53,635 nucleotides of DNA from Guillardia theta CCMP2712. Its lineage: Eukaryota; Protista; Cryptophyta. Positions 11,465 to 22,100 of the stretch are shown piece after piece. The first letter of the stretch is position 1; every line of letters begins with the position of its first letter. The position numbers were made by a program, and so were the translations under genes. The notes under the pieces were generated by a model. That model saw only the letters and a program-made list of their open reading frames with translations. It was not told where the DNA came from and made no database searches. The stretch spans positions 1 through 53,635 of the forward strand of contig NW_005434519.1 in the NCBI RefSeq assembly GCF_000315625.1, read 5' to 3'.

Positions 11465-11883
11465 TATGGAGCAGGTGAACTCTGAGCCTTCCAAAGCGAA
11501 CAATCCAGCCTAGCATCATCATGTCTAAAAACTTTCCCTTATCCTTCAACAGAAACATTTTTTCCCATTTCGTCAGGGGTTTCCACTCGTTGTCTTCACG
11601 CTCATGGCTGATTAACCTTCATTCATGATACATTTCAGTTACAAATCACCCAGAGGAGACGTTGGCTCGAGCCCATCAGACCGTCCAAGTCCCTCCATCT
11701 TTTTCCTTAAACGTGAATACTGCACCTGAGGTGGGTCAATGCCCTATTAAACTCAATGGAGCTACCTTAGCGTTGAGGAAAGACTGCTCGATTTTCTCAG
11801 GATCATCATTGGCGATGTCTTCTTGGATATCAAATCTGCTTCTTCCCTATTGCACCGACACTCAGTACGAAAGATCATTATGG

Positions 11884-14067
11884 CTAAAGCTTAACCTTGC
11901 GGAGTTTCTCAACTTCCTTCTCAAGTCTTTGTACGTTGAGTTGCTGACGTTCCAGTTCGAAACTTGTTGTCTTCTTCAGTTTCAGCAATTCTGTCTCACC
12001 CTTGATAAGTTGAGAAATTTGCTCCTTGTTTGATTTTTCTCGTTTCTCGGAAGCTTCAAGCAGCATTCGAAGGCGTTCAAGAGATCGCTCATTCTTCTCG
12101 AGTGATGCCAAAGCATTAGCACGCTCAGCAATCAATGTGACCAGCTTCTTGTTTAGTTCAGTGTTCCTCTCCTCCAGCCGGGAAACATTTTCTCTAAGCT
12201 CTTGGATGTGTCGTTGACTTTGGGTTGCCATTTCCTTGGAAGCCTCCCGCCACTTCGATTGCAACTTGTCGTGGGCGTCCAGAAGCGAAGCTAGCTCGGC
12301 TTTGGAAGCTTCCTCCGATTCCTCTGCTAATCGCACTCTCTCCTCCAGTTGTAGCAAACCTTGCTGACTCTTCTCCTTCAGCATCGCTATGCGCGCTTCA
12401 AAGTCCGCCTCTTGCTGTTTTCTGGCTTCCTCGCCATCCTTTTCTTTTTGCTCTGTTGCTTTTAGTTGTGCCTGCAAAGTAGCACAGTTGTCCCTCAGAT
12501 CGTTCATTTCACTGAGCAAAACTTTAACTTTCCTCTCAAGCTGTTCAATCTGAGCTGATGACTGTTGCTGCGCCTGATCCCACAGAGCCTGTTTGCGGCG
12601 AGCCGAGAGTTCAATTGCTTTCATGCCATGATTTGCATCATCTCTCTGCAATGCCAGGTCTTTGCATTGCCGTTGTAATTCTTCAATCTCTTTTTGCATT
12701 CGAGAAATGCAACCTCCCGGACCATTTTGTAGCAATTTATCAATTTCAGCTTCAGCTGACATTCTCTCACGCAGCAGCCTCTCATTCTCATTTTGCAATT
12801 CAGCAACTTTAGCATCCAGCTCCCGGATCTGCTGCTGCAAATTTGCTTTTTGAGATCTGTATTTAGAACGAATGCTGCTGACAGTTTCTTCACTCCTCTG
12901 CTGCGCCTCCACAAGGACTTCTTGCAGCTTGTCAGAGAGCCTTGCGATTTCTCTACGAGCCTGTTGCTCCAATGCTTGAGCTTGATCTGCAGCAATCTGA
13001 TGCTCATCTGCAACTTCTTCAAACCTTCGGCATTGACCCTTCAGAGTGTCTTCACGCGATCGACTTTCAAAGAGCTGCTGTTCGACATTCTTCAACATTT
13101 TCTCTGTGTCATCAAGATTTCGGCGGAGCATGGAGGAATTTTCGACTTCCTCGTCTCTTTTGGCCTTGATGTTCTCCAGTTCATGTTGCAGGTGCGTCAC
13201 TTTTTGCACCAATGTTGATTCTGACTTCTTTATATCCGAAATTTCATTCTCATGTTTGGTTTTCTCATTTTGAAGTTGGCGCAGAAGATCATCATATCGT
13301 GACTTCAGATCTGTTGCTCTTACGACATGTCCTCGAATTTCATCTCGACAGCTTTGTACTTGATCCTGCAACACTTTGCATTCCCTTGAGCTGACTTCAA
13401 GCTCCATCCGCAGCCGCTGGCTCTCGTTGTTTCTTCGACCGGAATCTGAGTAAAACACGGAGGCACCAGCTTCTGATTCTTTCAATTCCATCTCAGAGAC
13501 CTTTCTGCGGAGAGAAACGATCGTGTCTTGCAGCTCCTTAACCTGTTGCAAGTTGCCAGCAACCTGCCCGTTAAGTTTCGATACTTCTTTCCGCAGCACC
13601 TCGTTTTCCTCTGAGAGGATATCATTCTCACTAACAAGAAGCTCGTTTCTCTGTTCAAGCTCGACGGTCTTGGTAGTATTTGACTGGCTCTCTCCTTGGT
13701 CTGGTGCTGTTGCTGCTAAGTGGGTCAGTTGTTTCACCTCTGCAGCATATCGTTCATTCTCTGCCGTAACGCTCTTGATCTTTAGCTGAAGGCTGTTCAA
13801 CTGTGCTGCAAGACTCTCCCGAGAGATTTCAAGCTCAGAAATCCTCCTGTCATAAGCTTCGAATAGCGGGGACAAGACCGAAGAGTCTGAAAACCAGGGA
13901 GGCACTTGTTCTGCTACTTCCTCTGTCACCGATTCTGGAGGAGGGACATGCGATCCCAGCCAGTCTTCCAGTTGTTTTTCTAGTCTGATGATGTACGCCT
14001 TCAAAAATTCATTCTGCTTCAACAGAGGAGCTGCCTGAACGTTTCTGGCTTCACGCGATGCTTCCAT
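11884..14067 (-). CDS. SCLT1: SCLT1-like centriolar distal-appendage coiled-coil protein (727 aa, single exon)
   Basis: N-terminal PPWFSDSSVLSPLFEAYD (SCLT1/CEP89-type motif), followed by a coiled coil with SCLT1-like blocks ERLLRERMSAEAEIDKL and ELASLLDAHDKLQSKWRE. Confidence 0.7.
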   Translation of the reverse strand: MEASREARNVQAAPLLKQNEFLKAYIIRLEKQLEDWLGSHVPPPESVTEEVAEQVPPWFSDSSVLSPLFEAYDRRISELEISRESLAAQLNSLQLKIKSVTAENERYAAEVKQLTHLAATAPDQGESQSNTTKTVELEQRNELLVSENDILSEENEVLRKEVSKLNGQVAGNLQQVKELQDTIVSLRRKVSEMELKESEAGASVFYSDSGRRNNESQRLRMELEVSSRECKVLQDQVQSCRDEIRGHVVRATDLKSRYDDLLRQLQNEKTKHENEISDIKKSESTLVQKVTHLQHELENIKAKRDEEVENSSMLRRNLDDTEKMLKNVEQQLFESRSREDTLKGQCRRFEEVADEHQIAADQAQALEQQARREIARLSDKLQEVLVEAQQRSEETVSSIRSKYRSQKANLQQQIRELDAKVAELQNENERLLRERMSAEAEIDKLLQNGPGGCISRMQKEIEELQRQCKDLALQRDDANHGMKAIELSARRKQALWDQAQQQSSAQIEQLERKVKVLLSEMNDLRDNCATLQAQLKATEQKEKDGEEARKQQEADFEARIAMLKEKSQQGLLQLEERVRLAEESEEASKAELASLLDAHDKLQSKWREASKEMATQSQRHIQELRENVSRLEERNTELNKKLVTLIAERANALASLEKNERSLERLRMLLEASEKREKSNKEQISQLIKGETELLKLKKTTSFELERQQLNVQRLEKEVEKLRKVKL

Positions 14068-14279
14068 CTCTCCGAGGTTCGCTACAGGCCCCTCACGCCT
14101 GGCACATTCGCATCCCCATTGTTCTTGCGTACCACTGATAGCCTAGCGCTTCCTTCACAACAAACACTCACACCTCTCACTTGCTCGTAGCGTCAGTCCT
14201 TCTCCCGCGGCCTTCACCTCCTCCCCGCTACCATGTTGTGCTTCAAATGTTGTCACCCCACCGCAAGTTTTTAAAAAAC

Positions 14280-15130
14280 AAGTTTCGGAGTTCCGAGTGC
14301 GTGCCGAGCGCCGCGCGCGGGCCGGCCGGGGGCCCGGCCGCGGCGGCCGGCCGGGCCGGGGCCCCGGTCGGCAACTCAGTTGGCAACTCAGCAACTTCCG
14401 AAGGCTCCGCCGCAAGGCCGCCGGTCGGAACCGGACGGTGATCGCCGGGACCGTCGGACCCCGGCGGCCGCGACTCGAAGCTCAGATCGGCCCGGACTCC
14501 GGGGATAACGGTCACTGTCGACTTAACTTGCCGCTTGGCAACTTCGGAGTTGCCAAGGCAAGTCACCAAGTTACTATCAACTTCGGAGCGGCCAAGGCAC
14601 TGCCAGGCTGAGTTCGGAGTTGCCAAGCGGCTTCCGACCGCACCGTCCGTCGGGGGCCGGGCCGCCCGGCCGGCGGATCCGCCGGACTATGCCAGAGTAT
14701 CATAATCGGATGCGGCGCGGCGAGAGCCCGCCCCGGGAGCCGCCGGCCGGGCCCGGGGCCGGGCCTGCCGGGCAGCCCGGCGCCTGGGCTGTCCGAGTCG
14801 ACGGTGGGATGCTACTATGGTGCCACAGACTGACTCCGGGGGGCGCCGCGGGACGCCGGTCACCCGGTTCAAACGGTTCGCCGGGCCCGGCGCCGGGCCT
14901 GAGCCTCCGCTCAGGCCGGCGACTGCGGCACAATGATCATCGGATCCCCGGCACTGCCATCGAAGTCACGAGTCACGGGTGACTGATTCGCCGGGAACTC
15001 AGTCGGAACTTCGGAACCTTGCCGCGGCTGGGAGGGGGAGGAGGAGCTGGCCGCGCCACCCCGAAGCCTGCCGGAAGCCCGGCCGGCCGGCCCGGAGGCT
15101 GGCCGCGCACAGTGTCACGCAACCGTACCG
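14280..15130. promoter_or_regulatory. GC/CpG-rich intergenic island with GGCAAC/GTTGCC and AACTTCGG motif clusters
   Basis: Very GC-rich with no credible ORF; lies upstream of the SCLT1-like gene. Confidence 0.5.
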
Positions 15131-15187
15131 GGTTCGACTCTGCCCTCGTACTGCTTTTTTTTACTTACTTTACTCAAAGTTAAGTTA

Positions 15188-17908
15188 AAAATCAGTACGA
15201 GGACAATCTGGCGACCGTTCCAGCACCTGCGACACATTCTCAGACTGCATGATGATCACAAACAGCGATACATTAACCTCATATTGAAGCCGATCGCGCT
15301 GGGAATCCCTTCGGGCGCTTTCCTCGAGGAATACACCAGAGGGGGGCGATTCATTCCTGCTGCCAAGTCAGTGGAAAAGAGCGGAATCCGACCTATTGTG
15401 ATAGGGGACCTGGAGCGAAGGATTGTGTCTAGCATCTTCTGTCGTTTCTACCGAAAATCTTTAGAGAGCCACTTCACCCTCAGTCACTCTCGGGTCCTGC
15501 AATTTTGCGTGGGTCTGGAGGAAGGTTGCCTCAAATTCTGCAAGACCATCGAATGCCTGTTAGGACCCCATTCTTTTGCCAACCCATTCCCAGACCAGGG
15601 CGAAGGTGAGTCTGATAATTTTGATCCCACGGTAATCATCATGATCGACGCAAGAAATGCCTTCAATGAGATCTCTCGCCAACGGCTATTTGACATCCTC
15701 CTTGCTCCCGAGCATCGTTGTGAAAACTTTTCCCAAGGTGTCCTTCCGTATGTTCATCAATATTATGGCCAGGCAGGTAAGTTATTTCTGAAACATCAGC
15801 GAGAGACTCGGGCTTTTTCGGCCACCACGGGAGTTTCTCAGGGGGACCCCTTGGCGATGGCTCTCTTTGCGCACACCACCTTCCCTTCCCTGGTCAAAGT
15901 CGCAGAGACCTTTCCCGACTGTGTCTTCCCGGCCTATGCGGATAACATGGCTGTTATTGGAAAGCTCTCAGTTGCCGCACAGGCCACTGCATCGCTGGTT
16001 GATACTTTAAAACAAGAGCTCGGATTGGAGATTCAACCCAGAGATTCGCAGATATTCTCCTCGTCCTGGTGCGAACTTCAATCTAGTCAGCAACAAGCCA
16101 TCCAAGAGCATATTTGCAGCAGGTACCCGGGCTTGCAGCAGTTTGCCTTCCGCGGCCAGGGGATCATCCTTGGAGGTATCCCGATAGGATCTCAGTCCTT
16201 CCAGCAAGAGTTTATCACTGCCAAGGTGAATGCCCTCAATGCTGAATTGACCCAGTTGGAACAATTTCCCATTGCGTTGGGTCTCAAGCAGCTCTTGAAA
16301 ACGACCCACGTTCCCACCCTCCAATACTTTTTGCGTGGAATTTCCCCGGCCTTGACAGCTGCCCAGTGCAAGTGCTTTGACGTCGCGAATCTCCGTCTCC
16401 TGGCGAAGGTGTTTCAGTGGCCACAGAACCAGGCACAGGAGGGTTTATCTGACCTGCAACCTGCCCCTGACACCCCTCCATCTGACCTTCACTTTGCCTA
16501 TTTCAAACGTCAGTTGCCTTATAGTGCTGGAGGAGATGGGTTCACCCCGCAGGAGGGCGTGGCCCACACCGCATTCTGGTCGGCGACTGCCAAGTTTCTC
16601 AAATGGGCGGGTGAAATTGCCATCTTCCAGCATTGGATGTTACTTACACCGCCACTTTTCCACCGGATCAATTCTGACACTGAGCTTCGAATCCGCCAAC
16701 CGCAGCAAGCGGACGCTGGGGATGTTGTCCCCATGCTGGCTGCCTTCTTGGACACTCACAGGCACTTGATGGAGCAGGGCATCTCGGCGTACACCTCCTT
16801 GGCGGAGCTTCCTCAGGCGTGCGACAATGGCTGGATCCCCTCGCCGGAATTATTTGGGACGTCGGGCAGTGCGCTTTTCATCCCCGCCCAGCGGGAGCTC
16901 ACGGCTCAGTTCCTCTCGGAGTTTCCTCGGTTCCGCAGTATTCGGGCTCACCTTTCTGAGCGCCAGAGATCTTTGTTGGCACACCACTCCAGCTTCTCTA
17001 CTCCCCTTCGAGTACCAGGCCACCCGGTTGATGAACTTCTGTCTCAGTTTACCCCTCAGCGCACGATTTGGCACTCGATCATGGAAAGTACAAACCTTGG
17101 GATCTTTGAGCAGCAGCCCATCAGCTTGGTGGCTGCCGCTGACAAGTTTCTTCATGGATTGCCGGTTGACCTCCCGCCGCACTGCGATAGATGCCATCAT
17201 CTTCTTCGTCATCCTGGGGGGACCACACACATGGCAACCTGCAGGCACCGCAGCCAGTTATGGACTGATGCGCATGAGAAGTGCAATGCCGTCCTCAGTA
17301 CCCTCATCAAAGATTCCGGAGTGAGATGCCGTGTCCACGTGCAGGGCGTACCCGGCACCAGGCAGAACGTTTCCCAACATGGCCCTGAAGATCATCATGT
17401 AGGGGACTTTGAACTTCCACAACTGATGGCTACTGGAGGCGGATGGCATGGGTTAATCCTGGACTTCAGCATGTCACATGTTTTTGACAATGATGGAATA
17501 CCGGACCTCGCTCGGAGCAAACTGCAAGCGGCAGCACAGCGGAAGATCCGAGGGCATCCTAATGCATATGCTCAGCACGTCCCGCCAAAGGCCTTTCTTC
17601 CCATCATCGCCAGCACTGATGGCCTCTTGCAGGACGATGCGTTGCGCTTTCTGTGGTGGCTGGCGGATCGCTCGGCGAACAAGGAAACGGCAGCGCTGGA
17701 TGGTCTCTCGGCCTCGCAAGACGTCTCAGGTGATCCGACTTGCAAACGCATCCGGTCCAGGATCTTTCGTCAGCTCAAGGCCTCCCTGTCCTCAGCGCTG
17801 CCATCATCGCGGGTGCATCCCGGTATGCGTCTCATTCCTTCGGCGGCGGCCACCGCGACATCGCTGGCATGGCGGCGCGGGGGGATTGTCCAGCGCGCAG
17901 TTAAGTGA
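15188..17908 (+). mobile_element. 5'-truncated CRE-clade-like non-LTR retrotransposon (RT, CCHC knuckle, restriction-like endonuclease), slightly degenerate
   Basis: RT motifs GIRPIVIGDLERR, QFCVG, IDARNAFNEISR, GVSQGDPLA and YADN. Zn knuckle CDRC...HMATC. RLE-like GDF...LILDFS...RK...FLPIIASTDG. Apparent frameshifts near 15218 (GQSGDR/FQHL) and near 17800. Confidence 0.9.
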
Positions 17909-17913
17909 AGGTA

Positions 17914-18861
17914 TCAGTTAAGTTTGGGGGACAGCAGTTGGCAGGATTGGGGTTGGTTCTCGCTGTCTTTTCTCTTCTCGCCGTTTGGCCTGTGCGACAG
18001 TGTCAGGGTCAAGCCGGATAATCTTAGCTTCCTCGCAACTTGATGCAAGTCAGGGTAACCTTGTAGCAGGTCTAACGTAAACTGTAGCGCACTCTTCCAT
18101 TTATCAATCGTCTGGCGATTGGGGTGTTTGATGGTTGTAATGGAAGGATTACGAGCCAGGAGTGCCGGAAGCTTATGTGGTCCCTGTTGAGCAAAGAGAG
18201 GGAGGGCTCTGTGCCAATTCGACGTACCACAAGGCATGTCTTGCGGACGCAGATTATGAAAGTAAGCCGCTGCGCTAGATTGCGTGCCAGGGTCCTCTGG
18301 GAAAAGATTTGCCGGTTGAGGAGGGGGCGGTGGGGGTGTAGGATTGACCGCCGGTAGCGGCTGATCGGTGGGTGTCCGCTGGGAGATGGATCGGCGAAAT
18401 CTTGCCTGCTTCCGAGGTCTTTGGTTCCCCGAACCTCCTCCAGATCCAGCGGCGGAGGAGGCAAAGTCATCCTGCGGAGGAGACCGTCCGCGCTGCAGAA
18501 AGAGATTGCCCTGCCAGCATGTCAGGAGTCCGATACGGTCCGTAGGGGTTCCTGCTGTGAGCGTGGCTCAGAGTCAGAGGAGCTCTCTGGGGACACAAGG
18601 CCTGTGTGAGGAAAGTGGGACGACGAGCCCGGCATGCCAGTCAGTAGAGGATCAACAACAGAACTGTGAGGACGGAGGACGGCAGGCCGCTTGTGCCGCG
18701 CCATGATGTCTCACAGTGATGATGGAAGTGAGAGCGGATCTCCACGCTTCCCTTGTCGCTGTTCCCTCGCTCTCGCCGTCACCACCGAAATGAAAGTGGC
18801 GAGTAGGCGCATTTCCCCTTACACGCCATTTGCCGACTCATCAGTGAATCCTTTGAGTAAA
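17914..18861 (-). mobile_element. Inverted, degenerate 5'/N-terminal fragment of a probable related retrotransposon
   Basis: Intronless broken ORFs on - (ATG at 18704; Pro/Ser-rich, then TIKHPNRQTIDKWKSALQFTLDLL...KLRLSGLTLTL), resembling the pre-RT region of CRE-like ORFs. It abuts the RT element tail-to-tail. Confidence 0.45.
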
Positions 18862-19178
18862 AGAGAGTACGGTACGGTCATGAAGTTTCAAATCCGGCCC
18901 CGGTAAGTAAAAAGTTTGGACCGATCCGAACGTCCACTGGTAAGTACCCGGTACTCCCCTGGTCAGTCTCTCCAACATGATTGGTACGAGTAAAGAAGGT
19001 ACGGTAGGTAGGGGTCATCGCAACGCCAACCGCCACCGAGAGATGACACTCAGGGACCCCTCCATCTCCTCGACCACACTCACGGTACCCCTACTTATCT
19101 CATGATAGTGGAGGGTCCAGGCCTCCACCTGGTGCTGTCTGAAACCGTTGGAGGGGTCATCGACTGGCAAGCCGAGGG

Positions 19179-22100
19179 ATGGCGGCGGCGGCGGCGGCGG
19201 CGGGAGGAGGAGCGGGAGCAGCAGCATGGATAACATCAAAGTTGAAAACAGCCCTGAAGTCTGACGTCCATGCGGTAGAAGCAGCTGTGCGAGACTCAAG
19301 CCAACAGATCAGTCAGTTTCTTGGCGCGAACGGTCCGACAAAGCTTCTTTTCCTCTATCAACTTCCTGAAACAGAAACTGAATATGGAGAATTCGTGACT
19401 ACCGGATCAAAGCCCAAGCTTTTCCTGACAAACGGAGAAAAGGAAAGAGCAAGAGGGCATCTCCTTTACTTTGTACGCACCAAGAATGAGAAGCCTGTTG
19501 ACTTTTCTAAAATAGATTCAGAGATCACATTCGGAGAGCTCCAGCCGAGCGTCCTTGATAACTTCCAAGTGGTTCTGAGTCAGGTGTTTGCGAATACAGT
19601 CAGCACACAAGAGTGGGGGAGGTGCTCTGAAGATGAAATCTCTGAGTTCAAAGAGCAATTGGAAAAGTTTACGCACACGCTCACAGATGCAGCAGAGAGT
19701 TTGCAAGGTGGCATCGAACTGCGCAAACCTGAGAAGCTTGGCGAAATTGAGAATAAGCAAGCAGCATATCTTCGTTCAGCAATGGACTCTGAAATTCTAT
19801 CCTACTGCGAACAGGTATTTATTAGGCGTTTCCTCATGCGGAATTAATCTTGTCCGCAGATTGTGGAAGATTGGTGCTCTCAAACAGAGGGATTGCTCTC
19901 AGAAAGCGAAGAAAATCGAAAAGAATCAGATGAAGCAGGCCCTGATACAGAGCTTACTTTCTGGAGAAATAGAATGGCGAAATTTAACAGTGTTGCCGAA
20001 CAATTGAAGAGCAAAGAGGCTAAGTTTGTCTTGGGAGTAGTAACGACGGCCAAATCCAAGATATTCAAGCGTTGGAAGGCGATTGACAATAGCATAACCG
20101 ACTCTTTGAATGAGGCAAAAGACAATGTGAAATATCTTGCGACTCTTGAAAAGTACACCGATCCTCTGTACCATGGTACTCCAGAGCAAATCATCGAAGC
20201 CTTGCCTGGTTTGATGAACAATGTCAAGATGATGCTCACGATTGCTCGGTAAGTGAGCTTTCAGTTTGGACTTGTGTGCTGACGCTATGGAACAGTTACT
20301 ACAGTACAAATGAACGCATGACAATGCTGTTCTGCAAGATTACCAATCAGATGATTAAGAACTGCAAAACCAACATTACCAGTGCTGGGAAACTATGGGA
20401 TCAACCAGTGGACACGTTGCTAAGAAATCTGGAATGGGCATTGAAGCTTAATGACGCTTATCAGGAGCAGTATCGTGTCACAAAGGAGAAGCTAATGACA
20501 CAGCCTAAAGTAAAGTAACATCTGTCATGCTCTGCTGCGATTGACTTATCTGCAGGTCAAGCAATTTGATTTCAATGAAAGCGAAATTTTTGGAAAGTTT
20601 GACTTGTTCTGCAAGAGAGTACAAAAACTCATTGATATGTTTACCACCATACAGCAGTTCAGTACTCTTGCAAATCACGAAATCGAAGGGATGGACAATC
20701 TAATCAAAAGCTTCATACAAATTGTGGATGAATTCAAGCGCAAACCCTACGATCTTCTCGACTATGTCAAAAACTCGTTTGACAGAGACTTTTTGGAGTT
20801 CAATGTCAATGTGGCTGAGCTAGAAACGGCCCTGCAAGGTTTCATCAACGCAAGTTTCGAAAACATTACCAGCACTGAGCATGCGCTGAATCTTCTCCGA
20901 CAATTCGAAGCAATTCTGCAGCGTGAGGTAAACTTGGGATGTTTGATGGTGCCCGTTATTGATGTATTTGAAACAGACGTTAAAAGCGGATCTTGATAGC
21001 AAGTACACTGTTATCTTTCACAACTATGGCTTAGATCTCGAGACCGTCCAGAAAATCTACGACAAACAGAAACCTGCTCCTCCCACAACTCGAAATGCCC
21101 CGCCTGTTGCAGGAAATATTCTTTGGTCTCGCCAGCTATTACGAAGGATCGAGCAACCGATGAAGAAATTCAAGTCAAACAAGGTTACTGAGGCATTCTT
21201 TGACTCATCTGTTCCCTAATAGACTTTGGCAGAATATCATGACTACCAAGGAGTCTAAGAAGATCATCAGGACTTACAACAAGGTCGCGCGTGCTCTGAT
21301 CGAGTATGAGACATTGTGGCATCATGCTTGGAGTAAATCCATCGAGGCAGCAAAATCTGGTTTGCAGGCGACTCTGATAATCCGTCATCCAAGATCGGGA
21401 ATGCTTTTTGTGAACTTCGACCGTGAAATTTTGCAGTTGATTCGCGAGGCAAAGTTTTTGCAGAGGATGGGGATAGAGGTTCCTGAAGGTGCCAGGATGG
21501 TCTTATTGCAGGAGGACAAATTCAAAGCATATTACAATGAGTTGAGCTTTGCGCTGAAAGAGTATGAGAGAGTATTGTCCAAGGTCCCTCCTGTTGTGAA
21601 GCCAATCATCAAGCCTCATCTAGAAGACTTGGACAGAAAGATTCAACCAGGAATGGTGCTGCTGACGTGGCAGAGTATGAACATCGATGGATATCTGCAG
21701 CGCCTGCACTCAGGCCTTGCCAAGCTTGAGGAGCTCATCAACAAAATCAATGACATCATGGACAACAGAATCGAACACAACCTTAAGCATATTTCAAAGA
21801 CCATGTTGGTGGACTTGCCTCAAAACCAATCGTTTACTCTTGACAGCTTTGTTTCTCTTCAAGAAAAGACCATCAAGTCAAAGTCGTCCCTGATGGACAG
21901 GAGGAACTTGCAAGTAGAGCGAGCTGTGAATGACCTGATTGACACTGTGATCAATTTCCCGCTTGAAAGCGACGACCTTACCTGTGATGTCAACGAAATC
22001 AACAAGCTCAGGTCCCATTACGAGAGGCTCATGTACACAGCTGTCTTGCATGCAACCAAGTCCAGCTTCTGGGCCCTGAAAGATCGGCTCGGTTCGAGAC

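Noticed and set aside
14155-15188. Overlapping Arg/Pro/Gly/Ala-rich ORFs in GC islands (also 7550-8017, 38229-38786, 51136-51543)
   Set aside because: Stop-poor frames are expected from extreme GC content; no domain signal.
15284-17908. Idea that this RT is the partner of the telomeric cassettes, or is TERT
   Set aside because: No telomeric repeats or (AAT)n tail at its ends, no shared sequence seen, and the motifs are LINE/RLE-type rather than TERT.
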